NCBI GenBank assembly: GCA_027340875.1
Contig: DAIENX010000012.1
Location: 1 to 13,038 of the forward strand
DNA length: 13,038 bases
DNA from: Elusimicrobiota bacterium
GTDB taxonomy: Bacteria; Elusimicrobiota; Elusimicrobia; Elusimicrobiales; UBA9959
Direction of reading: 5' to 3'
Part shown: one piece after another, positions 10,269 to 13,038 of the stretch
Numbering within the stretch: the stretch's first letter is position 1
How the letters are laid out: the number at the start of each line of letters is the position of its first letter
Notes under the pieces: model-generated
What the model was told of the DNA's origin: nothing
Database searches by the model: none
Seen by the model: the letters and a program-made list of their open reading frames with translations, nothing else
Translations under genes and position numbers: made by a program

Positions 10269-11102
10269 ATGAAGAAACTGCTAGCACTTGCCGCAGCCGC
10301 CACCGCGGTGTTCGCGGGCCGGGTCTCCGCAGCGGAGAACCTGGACATGAAGTACTTCACCATTGACCAGGACTCCGTGATGATAGAGGAGATCTCGGAC
10401 AAGGGCGGCACCATACCGCCCCCGGACCAGCTGCCCAAGCCGCCCTCGGGCCCGCAGATCAACCCGCCGAAGCCCGGCGACGGCCCCCAGCAGCCGACCG
10501 GTCCTGACATCAACGGCACTATCGACACGCTGGACAAGATCGTGAACCTGATGGAGAAGATCTTCGGCATCATCGAGAAGAACCAGCCGGTCGTCAACAT
10601 CACCACGAACTACGCCAACGCCGTGCCTTTCGGGACCAGCCACTGGACCCAGTTGCAGGGCTGGAGCAAGCCGGCCACCAAGAAGTACGCGTTCTCGATG
10701 AAGAACGCTTATGGTTCCCAGGTCGTAAAGGTCACCTACCAGGTGCACTACACCTATAACGGCAACTTCCAGGGCAAGGGCAAGTTCCTGACCGGCGTCA
10801 CTATCGAGCCGCTCAGCGTCACCACCGCCTGGGGCTACAAGGTGTCCCTGGTCTCCGAGGTTCCGGATTCCACGATAGCCAACGTGGGCACGCACGAGGA
10901 CCCCATCGCCTCCATGCAGGTTCAGCTCCGCTGGACCGTGCACACGATGGTCAAGGATATCACGCAGAAGGGTATCTATTACGTGCAGGGCGACGGCCTC
11001 CTCCAGGAGATCGGCACCCCGTTCAAGAACGCGGAGAACGCCAGGACCCAGAAGAAGATAGACGCGGCTACGCTCGACATAGCCACCTCGACCTTCAACT
11101 AA
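10269..11102 (+). CDS. Secreted protein B (277 aa), paralog of the N-terminal region of protein A
   Basis: RBS AAGGAGG at 10254-10260; signal MKKLLALAAAATAVFAGRVSA; Pro-rich spacer. Shares KIVN, TQL..W.KP, N.YGS, GKFLTGV, WGY, VPDSTIANVGT and YYVQGDG with A. Host-like codon usage. Confidence 0.88.
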   Translation: MKKLLALAAAATAVFAGRVSAAENLDMKYFTIDQDSVMIEEISDKGGTIPPPDQLPKPPSGPQINPPKPGDGPQQPTGPDINGTIDTLDKIVNLMEKIFGIIEKNQPVVNITTNYANAVPFGTSHWTQLQGWSKPATKKYAFSMKNAYGSQVVKVTYQVHYTYNGNFQGKGKFLTGVTIEPLSVTTAWGYKVSLVSEVPDSTIANVGTHEDPIASMQVQLRWTVHTMVKDITQKGIYYVQGDGLLQEIGTPFKNAENARTQKKIDAATLDIATSTFN

Positions 11103-11135
11103 GTCCTCCGCGCCCAGCGCGGAACGCTCCTCCTT

Positions 11136-11177
11136 ACCCCGGCGCCCTGAGAATGGGCGTCGGGGTTTCGTCTTATT
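11136..11177 (+). terminator. Probable intrinsic terminator after gene B
   Basis: 12-bp stem ACCCCGGCGCCC / GGGCGTCGGGGT (one G-U) with a 7-nt loop, followed by TTCGTCTTATT. A further hairpin TCCGCGC-cca-GCGCGGA lies at 11107-11123. Confidence 0.65.
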
Positions 11178-11179
11178 AC

Positions 11180-11305
11180 GGTTGTCCCGGCCGGCGGAAC
11201 ACAAAACACGCTCGGGAACACCGTTCCCTCGCTCGGCATTCGGGTTCGGCGCTGCGCAAGCCTCGCCCTCACGACGGTTTTGCTTATCCGCCGCCCGGTC
11301 CAACC
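11180..11305. repeat. 126-bp structured intergenic element with imperfect terminal inverted repeats (REP/MITE-like or ncRNA)
   Basis: Left arm GGTTG-tc-CCGG-c-CGGCGGA-aca-CAAAAC pairs with right arm GTTTTG-ctta-TCCGCCG-c-CCGG-tc-CAACC; internal hairpin GGGAAC-acc-GTTCCC. Confidence 0.55.
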
Positions 11306-11336
11306 TACATGCGTGTTTTAGGGGGGATTGGGAAAC

Positions 11337-12281
11337 TTATTCTAACTCTTTTAGCTTTTTGAAGAGGTCGAGCTGGTGGGGGGAGAGGTGGTGCGGAAGG
11401 CGGATGGTGACGACCGCGTAGAGGTCGCCGCGTCCGCCGTCCTTGCGGGGCAGGCCGCGGCCGGAAAGCCTCAGCTTGCGGCCCGTATCGGAGGCCGCCG
11501 GAAGCTTCACTTTCACCGGGCCGTCCGGGGACGGAACCGAGATCTCCGCGCCCAGAGCCGCGTCCCAGGACTGCACGTCCACGTCGGCTTAGAGGTCGTC
11601 GCCGTCGACCCTGAAGCGCGGGTCGGGAAGAACCCGGATCTTCAGATAGAGGTCCCCGGCGCGGCCCCCGGACTCCCTGCCCTGGCCCCTGAGGCGTATA
11701 GTGGAGCCGTCCCGCAGGCCGCGCGGCAGCTTCACGTTGACGTTCCGGGTCTCGGTGCGTCGTCCCGCGCGGTAGCTGAACGAAAGCTGCTTGTGGCCGC
11801 CGCGCACCAGGTCCTCGACCGTCAACTGCAGCTCGGCCTCCATGTCCAGCTGCGAACGCGGCTCCTCCCCGGGCATGCCGCCGAATCCGCCGAAACCCTC
11901 GGAGCCGCCGAACATCGATTTGAAGAAGTCGCTGAAATCCCCGAACTGGTCGAAACCCTGGCCGCCGGAGGACTGATAGCGGTACTGGAAACCGCCCGGG
12001 CCCCTGCGCTGCTGGCGCCCCGCGCCCGGGCCGGGCCCGTAGGCTCCGGCGCCGGCCTGCCAATCCTTGCCATACTGGTCGTAAAGCGCGCGCTTTTTCG
12101 GGTCGGAAAGGACCTCGTAAGCCTCGTTTATCTCTTTGAACTTGCTCTCGGCGGCCTTGTTCCCCTGATTCCTGTCGGGGTGATGCTTCAGGGCCAGTTT
12201 GCGGTACGCGGACTTTATCTCCGCCTCTCCGGCGGTCTTGGAGACGCCGAGGACGGAGTAGTAGTCTATGAAGTCCGGCAT
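11337..12281 (-). pseudogene. Class B J-domain protein (CbpA/DnaJ-like, no zinc finger) interrupted by one in-frame TAA at 11589-11591
   Basis: J domain DYYSVLGV...KHHPDRN...[10 protein letters not shown]-rich region, and C-terminal domain IRLRGQG...GDLYL...DGDDL*ADVDVQSWDAALG...LRLSGRGLP...GDLYA. Track ORFs 11589-12281 and 11337-11582 are in the same frame. Could be a true nonsense allele or a sequence error. Confidence 0.85.
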
Positions 12282-12284
12282 GGG

Positions 12285-12533
12285 CTATTTGAGCTTGTAG
12301 AGGAAGATCCCTATAAAGGCCGCGAAACCGAGCATCACCCAGCGCTCTATCACGCTCTCTGATACTCCGGGGAGAGCGGCGTCGAGCGCACGGGCTATGA
12401 TCACCGCGGCGGCGACGCCTATCCAGAAGGTCCAGAGCTGGGCTTTTGAGACGGAGTCCTCGACCTTGGGCTGCTGCGGGGGTGGGACCGGCTGAGGGGC
12501 CGGCTCGGGAACAGAATGGTTCTTCTTTGCCAT
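12285..12533 (-). CDS. Small membrane protein (82 aa), two predicted TM helices, Pro/Gln-rich N-terminus
   Basis: Hydrophobic stretches LWTFWIGVAAAVIIA and WVMLGFAAFIGIFLY; packed 1 nt after the PAS gene and 3 nt before the J-protein gene. Confidence 0.75.
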   Translation of the reverse strand: MAKKNHSVPEPAPQPVPPPQQPKVEDSVSKAQLWTFWIGVAAAVIIARALDAALPGVSESVIERWVMLGFAAFIGIFLYKLK

Positions 12534-12534
12534 A

Positions 12535-12906
12535 TTATTTCTTCGTTACGAAGGAGATGTCCTGGAAGATGACCGTTACTCCCAGTTCGGCGCCTTCGTG
12601 GTTCTTGACCAGCATGGTGCTGTAGCCGATGACCAGGGGCGTATTGGCGTGCATAACGGAGATCTCCGCCCGGCGCACGCATTTGCCCGTCTCCAGCGTC
12701 TCTTTTATTACTTCGATAAGGGCGGGAAAGCCTTCGAAAGCCTCGTCGTACATCTTGTCGGTGCAGCAGGTGTCGGCCGGCATGCGCAGGATCTTGCCGG
12801 CCATGGGGTTGAGATAGACCACCCTGCCGGACATATCGACGCTGATAAGTCCTCCGGTAAGGTTATCCAGTATGCACTGGTAGTATTCCTGGATGTTCTT
12901 TATCAT
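12535..12906 (-). CDS. Stand-alone PAS-domain protein (123 aa)
   Basis: ILDNLTGGLISVDMSGRVVYLNPMAGKIL is a typical PAS start and GVTVIFQDIS a typical PAC end; no output domain. Confidence 0.85.
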   Translation of the reverse strand: MIKNIQEYYQCILDNLTGGLISVDMSGRVVYLNPMAGKILRMPADTCCTDKMYDEAFEGFPALIEVIKETLETGKCVRRAEISVMHANTPLVIGYSTMLVKNHEGAELGVTVIFQDISFVTKK

Positions 12907-12912
12907 GCGGAT

Positions 12913-12965
12913 ATTCTACAAAAAATGCGCGCCGGCTTTTTGAGCGCGGGAATTTTTTGTATAAT
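12913..12965. promoter_or_regulatory. Back-to-back -10 elements for the PAS operon (minus) and the tRNA (plus)
   Basis: TAGAAT on the minus strand (12913-12918) and TATAAT on the plus strand (12960-12965), each preceded by T6G. Confidence 0.6.
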
Positions 12966-12978
12966 TTATACAGTTCAT

Positions 12979-13038
12979 TCGCCGGTAGCTCAATGGTGGA
13001 GCATTCGGCTGTTAACCGAAGGGTTGCTGGTTCGAGTC
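12979..13038 (+). tRNA. tRNA-Asn (anticodon GTT), 3' end truncated by the window
   Basis: TCGCCGG-TA-GCTC-AATGGTG-GAGC-A-TTCGG-CT-GTT-AA-CCGAA-GGGTT-GCTGG-TTCGAGT-C; D and anticodon stems pair, T-loop present, anticodon at 13011-13013. Confidence 0.96.

Noticed and set aside
9515..11305. Integron cassette or attC interpretation of the YYYAAC ends and the 11180-11305 palindrome
   Set aside because: No integrase in the window and no RYYYAAC...GTTRRRY hairpin after the cassette; the palindrome has GTT first and AAC last, the opposite of attC.
11589..11591. Stop-codon reassignment or selenocysteine/pyrrolysine recoding
   Set aside because: The codon is TAA, which terminates PFOR, gene B and the PAS gene normally; Sec and Pyl use TGA and TAG.

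Overview
High-GC window that looks like an anaerobic bacterium; Elusimicrobiota-like is only an impression and is not verified. The left two-thirds is a redox block. On the minus strand are a fused NuoE/NuoF-like (HydC-HydB-like) flavoprotein and a partial NuoG-N-terminus/GltD-like subunit, together resembling an Stn/NfnABC-type bifurcating transhydrogenase. On the plus strand are a KGSA-type aldehyde dehydrogenase and pyruvate:ferredoxin oxidoreductase (PFOR) with a clear terminator. The most interesting part is 8685-11102: two paralogous signal-peptide proteins of unknown family (A and B), separated by about 730 bp of low-GC DNA bounded by TTAAC. That DNA adds, in frame, a Pro-rich linker and a small Cys/His-rich tip to gene A, and carries a translationally coupled small gene with an FHDA motif. 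This architecture suggests a polymorphic toxin-immunity module on a non-canonical secreted carrier. To the right are a structured intergenic element, a minus-strand operon (stand-alone PAS protein, 2-TM protein, CbpA-like J protein with an in-frame TAA) and a tRNA-Asn(GTT) cut by the window edge.
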